Assembly: GCF_009914755.1 (NCBI RefSeq) | Contig: NC_060933.1 | Source of the DNA: the human T2T-CHM13v2.0 reference genome, Homo sapiens | Direction: 5' to 3' (one strand) | Length of the DNA stretch: 64,000 nucleotides | The notes under the pieces: model-generated | Told to the model about the DNA's origin: nothing | Databases searched by the model: none | Seen by the model: the letters and a program-made list of their open reading frames with translations, nothing else | In this document: piece after piece, positions 26,451 to 41,012 of the stretch | How the letters are laid out: the number at the start of each line of letters is the position of its first letter | How positions within the stretch are numbered: position 1 is the first letter of the stretch | Program-made: the position numbers and the translations under genes

Positions 26451-27726
26451 AAAGAAATGTTTTAAAGTATAAAGAAAAGACAGCATTTATTATGATTATT
26501 TTAGTCTTGCTCTTTCATTTTAGTTAAGGCCTGTCTTGACTTCTTTTAGACCCTGGGTAGTAAAATACATAAAATAAAATGTAAAAGTAAAATGTTCAGA
26601 ATCTTAGTTGAAAATTTCAAATACGTTTTGTATTAAAATTGAAAAATCTTTCCAGTTTTAGTAAACATACAATATTATGAAAACTTTTGCATCTTAATAA
26701 ATATATCTAAGTAAAGTGCTAAGTAAGTAGGCAAGTTGCATCTTCAGTGTTAAAGTATATTAGCACAAGGATGGTAAAGCGGTGTGAAAATTATAAATTT
26801 TTATAATTTGTGTATGCAAGGTGGTTTTTAAAATAAAATATCTTAGTATCTCATTTTATTTTTCTCTTGGTTTATACCTTGTCTCTCTGTACATCTATAA
26901 CTTAATGCATACTGACAAAGAAAAATCTTGTTTGATAATGGTTAACCAACAATAAACATTTACTAAATCTAAAAAAAAATAAAAAAAGTAAATGATTACA
27001 ATTTTCTATGAAAATGTAATGACAAAAATTATATTGAAAAAGTACAACTCCAGTATAAGCTTATAAGAAGCTGACTAATGAACTAATACATTTATTCAAT
27101 AATCAAAATCTTCACACAAAAAGTCTTCGCAAGGTCCAAATTCATAGGTGAGTTTCATAAAATCTACATATAACACAATGTTCTCATTTTTCTAAATTAT
27201 TAGAAAAGAAGAAACAAGAAAAAGTGCCCCATTTCCTTTCATGAGACAACCATGATACCCTAACTGAACAGGGAAACAGGAAAGTATAGTTTAATCCAAT
27301 TTGTGAACACAGAAATAAAAATCCTAAATTATTACCATAAAGTGCTAGGAAAACATGTAAGAAGCAACTTACTACACTCATTAGCAACTAGGGTCTATAC
27401 AGGAATTCAAGTTACTTTTAGAAAATCCATTATATTATTCACAATATTTACAGATTCAAGGACACAGCTATAGATTTATTCTGATACATAAAAAGTATTT
27501 AATATAATTCATGTGCATTCATGACTAACATGACATCTTGGCAAACTGGTAACTGGAGGGAACCTACTAACCCTGACAAAGCTGACAGCAGAGTTCATGG
27601 TGAAACTGTATATATTTTCCCTCAAGATTTACTTATCTATTTCTCCTTTTCCATTTAATGCAAGGGCCTATCTAAACCTCATAAAATCCATTACAATACA
27701 AAGTGGGGAATGAATAAAAAGCTTAC

Positions 27727-27741
27727 CTGAAATGTGTTCAT
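27727..27741 (-). CDS. ZNF782: First coding segment MNTFQ (exon probably 27727-27785)
   Basis: CAGAAAATGAACACATTTCAG|GTAAGC joins in phase 0 to the KRAB-A exon; polypyrimidine acceptor CTTTCTGTCCCCCCAG| at 27786. Confidence 0.92.
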
Positions 27742-28139
27742 TTTCTGTGGCTCTTGGGAGAGTATAGAGAACTGTAAAGCCTCAGCTGGGGGGACAGAAA
27801 GAGGATGTCACACGGTCTCGCCTACCTCACAGCTCCTAGATTAGCCTCCCCAAATCTCAGCAACCCAGTTGGAGAGCAGCCTTCCTAAGGTAACAGGGCC
27901 CTTCAGGCCTTGAAAAGGCATGAGAAGCACCACGTAGAGGTGGCACTGTCTACGACAACTCTGAAATAATTATGGGGCTTAAACTGCTGTTTTTTATTGA
28001 GTGAACATAAACTTTTCCCAATTGATTTAACAATGCACATGTGCTTCTAACACACACACAAAAATAAAGACAATACAGGATTAGTTGAATTAAAGTACAC
28101 CACAGGGTAAGACACTATTCTTTCATTAAAATTAACCTA

Positions 28140-28443
<304 letters not shown>

Positions 28444-28632
28444 TTAGCAGAAAAATATTCAGTGTGCATCATTTAACTATTTTTCTTAGTAATATTATTT
28501 ACCCTTGGTATAGACAATCCACAGAAAGTCTTATAAAAGAGATGAGATACTTTAAGGCAAAGAGTTTTAGATGTTTTAACTGGGATGTATTTCTCAAAAG
28601 GCCCTTTGGATAAGATGCTTTTGGTGACTCAC

Positions 28633-28849
28633 CTGTGAAAGAATGAACGGAACTGTTTTCCTCCTGGCTCTACCACAAACGAGGGATCCCCGGAAACTCA
28701 CTGAACCTTTCATGCCCAATGTCTTTAAAGCTTTCAAAAGAATCAGAAGTAGATAGCCACGGAAAACCCTTCATGTATCATCATGCATGGGATTCTATGA
28801 GGTAGGGACAAAGTCTCCAGTGTCACATATGTTAACAGCAGTATGGCAT
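28633..28849 (-). other. ZNF782: Inferred 5'UTR exon of the KRAB-ZNF gene
   Basis: Acceptor CTTTGTTCTCCACTCTTTACAG| and donor CAG|GTGAGT, located between the promoter and the ATG exon. Confidence 0.65.
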
Positions 28850-29819
28850 CTGTAAAGAGTGGAGAACAAAGCGACTGGGGGCTACTTTGGGATCTGGGGA
28901 CAGAATCTCCGGTTACCCCTACCCTCAGACCTATGCAATGATGTGGCCTTTCCTGAGCAGCCTGTCCCTGGCCACCACCTAGCCCATTTTGCTCTTCTCA
29001 AAGCTGGCCCAAACCACCCACTGTCACCCATTGTGTGGTGGCTTCTGGAGGCTTCACCAAGTCTGGCTCATTCTGGGAAGGAGGATCAAGAACTGCTTCT
29101 GACCATACACATCTAGGATCTGCTCCTCTGTGGGCTCTTCTGCCTCTGCTCTGAAGCTCGGGAGGGAGGCCTAGGTCTGAGAGGTGTTCTCTTCCAGGTA
29201 AAACTGTTCACAGAGACCCCTGCTTCCCACCTCGCAAGGGCTGCTCTGTTCAAGGAGCCTGCGACCTGACCTGAGAAACCATGTTAGTGGCAAAAATCTG
29301 ACTCTTAGAATTCTTTACATCAGACTTAAAAGAGAGACACCCTGACAATGCAGAAGGGGCCAGGAACCTGTCTGACCCAAGAGATCTGAAGACACACCAG
29401 AAATCCAGACTACATTTGACACATGGTAAGATTCCATCTACATCCACTCCCTGAGTATTTGGGGACATGACATTCTGCTAAGTGCTGTGAAGGCTGCAAT
29501 GCTGGTTTTAGGCAGGTGTGATATTAGCGCCTGAAACGGGAAATAAATCACACCTGCCTTTGAACCCCAGCTCCCTCACTGCTAGCTTGTGACCTGAGCC
29601 TCAGTTATATTTAATGCAGATGTGGTTGTGAGGTATACATAGGCACCCAACGAATGGAACAAAGTGTCTTCTAAATATAACAGCAGCAGTCCGCTCATGG
29701 CTTAGTAGCCTACAGTCGGCTGTTTGCTTTACAGGTGGTGACTTAAAGTTTTAAACCAACGCCATGAAGCAGTCATTATTAATACCCTCACTTTCAGATG
29801 AGAAACCTGACTCTCATCC

Positions 29820-30450
29820 ACGTCCCTACATTCGCCTCGGCTTCCAGTTGACAGAGATGGAACTTACCCGGGTTTTTCCAGCTCCAGAGCTCGGGGTCTC
29901 GATGCAGACCCACCGTCCGGGGATTTCGGGCACGTTGTCGCCCGCGTTACAAATGCGCTTTCCCCACCCCCGCCGCCGCTCGCGCCGGGCTCCGGTCCCG
30001 CACACCGCGGCCCGCACCCGGCACCTGCTCCGGACCAACGCTCAGCCTCAGCCGCCCCGGGAGCCAGCGGCCGAAGTCCCTCTCCAGCGGCCGGGAAGGC
30101 CGAGGGCCCGCCCGGTCGCATCCACTGACACAGGGGGCGGGGATCCCACAAACTTCCCGCTTCCTCTCCCGCTTCCGGGCACAAACGCTGTCCTCCCGCC
30201 CCAGCTGCGCCCCCTCTACTTTCCGAGCCGACCCCCGAGCTTCCCAAACCGCTTCCCGGGAGTCTCGAGAACCCAAATGAGGAGGCGGGGCTCTGGCTGC
30301 ACAGGCGCAGAAGGAGCCCAGGAGCCCCATCCCAGAGTGCTGCGCGGCGAACCAGACTCATTCAGGACTACATTTCCCATAAGCTCTTGCGTCCGCCTTC
30401 GACGTGACTCCTCACGTTTCGGCGATTCAGAATTGGCGGGGATGGAGTTT
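29820..30450 (-). promoter_or_regulatory. ZNF782: CpG-island promoter and first exon (donor CGG|GTAAGT after 29868)
   Basis: High CpG density; ACTACATTTCCCA (ZNF143/THAP11-type motif) at 30367-30379; NRF1-like TGCACAGGCGCA at 30298-30309; repeated CTTCC(G) ETS cores; GC box. Confidence 0.85.
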
Positions 30451-31039
30451 TTATGAAGTCTCCCGCTCAGGCTCTCCAAGAACAGGGAGAAGTTAAAGGT
30501 TAAAACTTAAACGCTACTGACAAATACAAAGAGTAGCCCTCCATTGGTTCCCGGTTGAACCAACATTTTTTTTTTCCGTAAGACTTTCGGAGACAATTGG
30601 GAAGCTGAATATGGATTGGGAATTGCAAATATTGAAAAAAAGTACCATTACTTTTGTGAACTGTGAAAAAAAATTAAGAATTTTGTAGAAATTTTTTTTT
30701 TAAAAAAAGGGATCACTACTGAAGTATTTAGCATTGAAATGATATAACTTTGAATTTACTTTACAATTTTATACATTTTCAACCTGGAACCTCCACCTTG
30801 TCTCTTTACAGCCTACCCGACCCATTGACCTGTGAGCCCTGTCCTGGCGCCCCCAGGCGTGAGGGTTCTAAGGCGGGTCGAGCCCGGTGCTGCAGGTGTT
30901 AGAGAAAAGCTTTTGGTTTTTATCCCTTAACATTGCTTCTTGCCGAATTCTCTTATTGATTCAACATATTTAAATTTAATGTTAATTATCTTAGGTTTCC
31001 ATGCGCATTAACGAATTTTCTTGCTTTTTGCTGATTGTT

Positions 31040-31978
31040 TTTTATTTCCGTAGGTTATTGGGGAACAGATGGTGTTTGGTTACATGAGTAAGTTCTTTAG
31101 TGGCGATTTGTGAGATTTTGGTGCACCCATCACCTGAGCAGTATACACTGCACCCCATTTGTAGTCTTTTATCCCTTGCCCCGCTGCCCTCCGCCATTCC
31201 CCGCCAAGTCCCCAAAGCCCATTGTGTTATTCTTATGCCTTTGCATTCTCATAGCTTAGCTCCCACTTATGAGTGAGAACTACGATGTTTGGTTTTTCCA
31301 CTCCTGAGTTACTTCACTTAGAATAATAGTCTCCAATCTCATTCAGGTCGCTGCAAATGCCATTAATTCATTCCTTTTTATGGCTAAGTAGTATATCATC
31401 AGATACATACCACAGTTTCTTTATCCAGTTGTTGATTGATGGGTATTTGGGTTGGTTCCACGTTTTTGCAATCGCAAATTGTGCTGCTATAACCATGCAT
31501 GTGCAAGTATCTTTTTCATATAATGACTTCTTTTCCTCTGGGTAGATACCCAGTAGTGGGATTGCTGGATCCAATGGTAGTTCTACTTTTAGTTCTTTAA
31601 AGAATCTCCACACTGTTTTCCATTGTGGTTGTACTAGTTTACATTCCCACCGGCAGTGTAGAAGTTTTCCCTGTTCACTGCAGCCATGCCAGCATCAACT
31701 ATTTTTTGATTTTTTGATTATGGCCATTCTTGCAGGAGTAAGGTGGTTTTGATTTGGATTTCTCTTATCATTAGTGATGTTGAGCATTTTTTCATATGTT
31801 TGTTGGCCATTTGTATATCTTTTTTGAGAATTGTCTATTCATGTCCTTAGCCCACTTTTTGATGGGATTGTTTGTTTTTTTTCTTTGATGAGATTGATTT
31901 GTTTGAGTTCGTAGTAGATTCTGGATATTAGTCCTTTGTCAGATATATAGATTGTGAAGATTTTCTCCCACTCTCTGG
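31040..31978 (-). mobile_element. L1PB1-like 3' fragment
   Basis: ggttattggggaacag...ggtgcacccatcacc antisense 3'UTR; ORF2 C-terminal peptide on the minus strand. Confidence 0.85.
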
Positions 31979-32224
31979 GCAAAGTGAACAGCTGAGTAAA
32001 GATTAAAGGTGAGCTGCGAGGTGTTGTTACCTCAGAGGGTGCTCTGCAGAAGAGTATATCCATGAGCTACTTGAACTCTTTAAATCAAAACAAAAGGAAA
32101 AAAGTTTATTCTAAGCAAGTTTATTTCTTGTCTGATGGTTATTAGATGGGAGAACATTGCCAGATCTAAGCTACCAACCTCAAAAATGTTTTCAAAAACA
32201 AATGGTTATTGAACATCACATTTT

Positions 32225-32462
32225 ACAGAGATTCTGCTCCCTTTCTCCCGCCCTCCCCAGAGAGAGCAGTCCTGCATGCGAATGATCAAAGGTCAGTCTT
32301 AGGACAACAATGAGAAAACAAGCTATTTAGATAAACTCCTCTACATTCCCTTGTTATTTGCTTTTTACTATTAACTCAAGGTAAGAGGATCAGGCTGCCT
32401 TCAGCCATAACCCTTTCCTAAAGCTTTTGCAAAACCTTCTGGCCTTCCAAGAAGGTTTGCCC
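32225..32462. mobile_element. ERV1-type LTR fragment (MER34/MER39-like)
   Basis: agctatttagataaactcc...aagcttttgcaaaaccttctggccttccaagaaggtttgc resembles this family; identified by eye. Confidence 0.45.
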
Positions 32463-33310
32463 AGTTCTTTGTAGGACAGATGATTGATAGATGTAAAGTA
32501 ATTCATGAGTAACCCTGCTTAGCAGGGTTAGAGGAATCCCAGGGATACATAGACTGGCAGCTGTTTCCACCTTAAAACCAACAGAATTGTCTAAGTTGCA
32601 GATGATGTAAGACAGAACAATTTTTATGATGTGATCATGAAGATGTGAAAAATAGGGGCTGTAAGAAGGACCATTCTTTATACACGTGCATTCCTTATCA
32701 AGCCAACAACTGACTATGGGGAATGTTTTACAACCTCAGAGACCTGCGCCTGCCATGCTGCTCTGCACAGCAGCCACTGGGGGGCTCTCTTGACCGCAGT
32801 TTTTTAAGCTAGTGCCCTATATAGAAGGGTAAGTTTTTGTGAAAAGATTAACATTTGCTCACTATCACATGGGTTTTACATATTCAAGCTTGACGTACTT
32901 GTAAAGTTCCCATCTGCCTACCAGCTAGGTGTCAGACATTACATGTGGTAGGCACTTGAGGATTTACTGAATGACTTTAAATCCACACTGGGCCTGTGTG
33001 TGTGCTGCCTTTTATGAGTGTGAAGGTGACAACACTGCCTCTTTTCATGATGCCCTTGGCTGAGATGACCATCATTCTTGTGACTAAAACTGGGCTGTAC
33101 ATTTCTATGGGCACAGTAGGTAGCAGAAGTATCTGACCTATGATTGTGATATGGCCTCTTGCTCTGCCTGATCAAGCAAAGTCTCTGTAGAACATAAGAA
33201 TAAAAGGCACTTACTTTCTGGTCAAAACCAGAAGAAACCTGTCATTCCTAAGAGTTCTTATTACAGCACTCAAACTAAGCTAAATCAAAGGCCAGTGCTC
33301 TATTTTGCAG

Positions 33311-33476
33311 ATTTACATAGAAAGACTTGAAAGTTATGCTGATATTGACATTTGTCCAACCAAACTAGAAGAGGATTGTCTTGTCACCCATTTATCTTGC
33401 TGTGGAGCGATGACCATGAGGTTGCAGGGAGTGTGAAAAACTGCAGGCTCTCTGAGAACATTTAATCTGATGACAT
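33311..33476 (+). pseudogene. Cyclin Y-like exon (disrupted)
   Basis: ttttgcag|IYIERLESYADIDICPT..N*KRIVL...CRLSENI*SDD(M)|gtgagt versus CCNY/CCNYL1 VYLERLLTYAEIDICP(A/T)NWKRIVL...CQILKDITVEDM; contains stops and frameshifts. Confidence 0.9.
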
Positions 33477-34536
33477 GTGAGTTTGTAAGGTTTTTGTGAA
33501 CTTTCTGATAATTTTTCAATATTTTTTTGCTCCCATAAACTTAACACTTTAAGAAATATTTTTAAAGGTTACATTGTGCAGATGATGGAAATGGACATGA
33601 AAACCACATCTTTCTATTAGCTTTAGAATAACAGTTCATAGTTTTCATTGTTCATTGGTAGGTCTTGGTAAATTGCTCTTGTAATAATCTGCTCATAAAT
33701 TGAAAAGTATTTTTCTGGTGATTTTTGGCAGTTATCTTCCAAGTATACTACCAGAACATAATAGTACAGTAAATATCTTTATGGCTTTCTAGAGGCCGTC
33801 TGCAAGTTCCAGTCTCTCTTTAAGGTGCACATGTCTGGCCTTTGAAATAATTGGCCGCTGACAGGTCTAGGGCCTCTAGACTGTGAAAAATGTGTAGCTT
33901 CACCCTGAGTCATACATTGTGCATTTGCTCTTGCTGGTGTTTCCGCTGCCTTTATCTGAAGATCTGTTTTATAGAAACCTTGACATACAGAATAGCCACA
34001 GATCCCTGTGCCCCTATCCCCTCCCCCAGGAGTGTTGCCTGTGTTTAGAGATTGGGCTGATGAGTTAGAAGCTCTCCTCAGGCAGTCTGAGAAACATTGC
34101 ATTGCTGGACATCACCCAATGCTCACCTCACTCAAGAGCTTCCTAGGGCACTCATACAACCACAACAGCACTTTGGGGTCCTTGAGTTACCTATGAGAGT
34201 GCAATAAATCTTGCTGAGTCAGGGGGTTGCTCACAGATGGCACCAACTGGACACAGAAACATGAGCTTCATGGGGTCTTTCTTCCAGTCTGGCCTCATGA
34301 CTGCTGTAAAGGGAAGGGCCTTGGAGCTGGTAGGCAGGGTGAGCCAGGGAGGCATTTTTAGCAAAGGCTCTCAGAGTGCCCACTGGACAGTGAGAATGGC
34401 TTTGTGGGTGACGCTTAGGAAAATATGAAGGAACACCTCATATGAAGATCAAGATCGTGACAGGCAGTGGCGCGAGGTTTTGTTTGTTTGTTTGTTTGTT
34501 TTACATTTGCCTGTAGGTAAGACTGTCATTCAGAAT

Positions 34537-38302
<3,766 letters not shown>

Positions 38303-39044
38303 AAGACTGTCATTCAGAATTACCACACTGTATATTTACAAGTGAAGCGAGGCTTCTTGTGACTAAGAAGAGACTAGTGATGGTTTGTTTCTGTTGAAAT
38401 GGCTGCTAAATTACCACTTTGCTAATAGTATATAAACTGAGTTGTCATGGTGATATTGCTAATAGCCATTTTAGCAAAGGACATAACAGCAAATGAATTT
38501 GAAACAAATAGGTGTACTTTGAAAGTTGAAGAAGCTAGTGTGCCTTTAATCACTACAGTTTTCGTCACTGTATAAACTGGTTTCTTGAAGGAAGCAAAAT
38601 TCATAATTATGAACACTTAGCTCTGCTATAATGGCAGCTAAATTGTTCTCAAAACCTGCAACTAATCTGGCGGCGGTGGGTGGCTCTAGCTCTAGTTACA
38701 AGGTCAGAAAATACACAGGGAAATGTGCAGGTTTCCATAGATGTGAGCTCCAGAAGCAGTGGTGGCAGAGGCCAGCTCCAAGATGCCCAGTTCTACACAA
38801 TGCTATTTGTGAACGCAGAAGCACCAGGAACTATGCTCCAAACAGTAGCAATGTTCATGATCTTTGGAAATTGAAAAACATTACAACAAAGTACTTAACA
38901 TACATTTATCTTGTCCCTCTGTTGATTATTTATAATGGTCTCTTTTTGACTGTAAATTGAACCATTTAAAAATTAGCGTCTATCAGATTTTTCTTAAAAC
39001 TTTTTGACATCTATTTGTCTTTTTAGAATATATTTTCTTTCAGG

Positions 39045-39803
39045 AACATTACTAATTATCAGGGAAATGCAAACGAAAACCACAATGTGATACGACCTTG
39101 CTCCTGCAGGAATGGCCATAATTTAAAAATAAAAAAAAAAAAATACATGTTGGCTTGGATTTGGTGAAAAGGGAACACTTTTACACTGCTGATGGGAATG
39201 TGAACTAGTACAACCACTATGGAAAACGGTGTGGGGATTCTTTGAAGAACTAAAAGTAGAACTGCTATTCAACCCAGCAATCTCTCACTACTGGGTATCT
39301 ACCCAAAGGAAAATAAGTTATGAAAAAGACACATGCACAAGCATGCTAATAGCAGCACAATTTGCAATTGCAAAAATATGGAGTCAGCCTAAATGCCCAT
39401 CAATTAATGGTGAGCAAAAGAAAATATAGAATATATGCACCACGGAATACTGCTGAGCCATAAAATGGAATGAAATAATGGCCTTTGCAGCAACTTGGAT
39501 GGAGCTGGCGGCCATTATTCAAAGTGAAGTAACTCAGGAATGGAAAACCAAATATCATATGTTCTCACTTATAGGTGGGAGCTAAGCTATGAGGATGCAA
39601 AGGCATAAGAATGATATAGTGGACTTTGGGGACTTGGGGAGGAAGGTCGGGAGGGGGTTGAAGGATAAAAGATTACATATTGGGTACAGTGTACACTGCT
39701 CAGGTGGTAGGTGCACCAGAAGCTCCTAAATCATCCCTAAACAACTTATCCATGTAAGCAAAAACCACCTGTACCTCAAAAACTATTGAAATAAAATTAA
39801 AAA
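39045..39803 (+). mobile_element. L1PB 3' fragment, followed by (TA)n-rich sequence to ~39925
   Basis: ORF2 C-terminus and L1PB 3'UTR. Confidence 0.85.
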
Positions 39804-40529
39804 CCATTATTGGTAAACAAATATATATATATGCATATGTACATATACACATACATACACACACATATATTTGTTTATATATAAATATATAAAACGTATA
39901 TATATATATTTTATATATATATACACATTTAATTCAAACTGAGCAGCTCCTATTCAGAAAATTTGCTGTTCCTGTAAAGGGTATGCTATTCAGCCATTTA
40001 AAAAACAACAAAAACTGAGAAGATATATCTGTAGGCATAATGGTTTTCTTCGATAACTAAGCCTCTATTAATAAACATGATGATTCTATAAAACACTATA
40101 TTTTACACAATTAAAATATGTTTTTGGAAAAACATAAAAGAGTTTATGAAGTGCATATATTCCTATAGTAAATTAAGTCCTGATTAGCTGATTATTAAAA
40201 CATTATCTGACTTACATTTCTATAGCCTTATGGTTATATGAATAAGAAATTAATGCTGGAAGGAGATTTAGTCAGGTTTTCAGTTAAACAAATGAGAAAA
40301 CAACATATCTGCTTATATCTTAACTACTCTTCATACCAGAGAACATCAAGCATTTGTTGACTTAGCCAGTGGATAAAACATTAAAATTTTAAAACCAAGA
40401 AACCAAATGTGTTGTTCAGGTATTGATTATTTTTATACAATTAAGTCTTTACTTAATTTCACAGTAAGGAATTACTGTGAAAGTGGTAAGATTACTCTAG
40501 TTTTATATTTATTTAAACATTTGACAAAG

Positions 40530-40844
40530 TGCTGGATACAGTGGCTCATGTCTGTAATACTAGCACTTTGGGAGGCCAAGGTGGGAGTATCACTTGATCA
40601 CAGGAGTTTAAGGCCAGCCTGGGCAAAAAGTGAGACCCTATCTCCACAAAAAGAACTAAAAAAAAAAAAAAAAAAAAAAATCCCAGCTCAGTGACATGAG
40701 CCTGTAGTCCCAGCTACTTGAAAGGCTTAGGTGAATGGATCACTTGAGGCTGGGAGTTTGAGTCTGCTGTGAGCTAGGATCATGCCACTGCACTTTAGCC
40801 TGGGTGACAGAGCAAGACCCTGTCTCTTAAAATTTAAAAAAAAA
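40530..40844 (+). mobile_element. AluJ-type with long middle A tract
   Basis: Dimeric Alu. Confidence 0.85.
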
Positions 40845-41012
40845 ATGAGAAAACACCTTTGGCCAGGGCAGCTGAATAATCATGTGGTAGAGGGCTGCTC
40901 CCAGCCTGTTCTTCTCTCAGTGCATTCAACTCATCCCCACATTCTCTTCTGACCAGGGTGACAGATGCTGAACACCTTAGAGTTTCATTTCCAACTCGGG
41001 AGAAACATTGTG

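Noticed and set aside
29764-30479. 230-aa ORF and overlapping ORFs on the CpG island
   Set aside because: Pro/Arg/Gly-rich with no recognisable domain; expected from stop-codon scarcity in GC-rich DNA.
32261-32380. Possible additional cyclin Y exon (120 nt, starts Arg-Glu)
   Set aside because: No peptide similarity beyond two residues, an in-frame stop, and LTR-like sequence; kept only as a candidate cryptic exon.
38320-38960. Unique segment with 64-109-aa ORFs
   Set aside because: No recognisable protein or repeat similarity and no convincing splice pair; treated as ordinary intron of the cyclin Y-like remnant.
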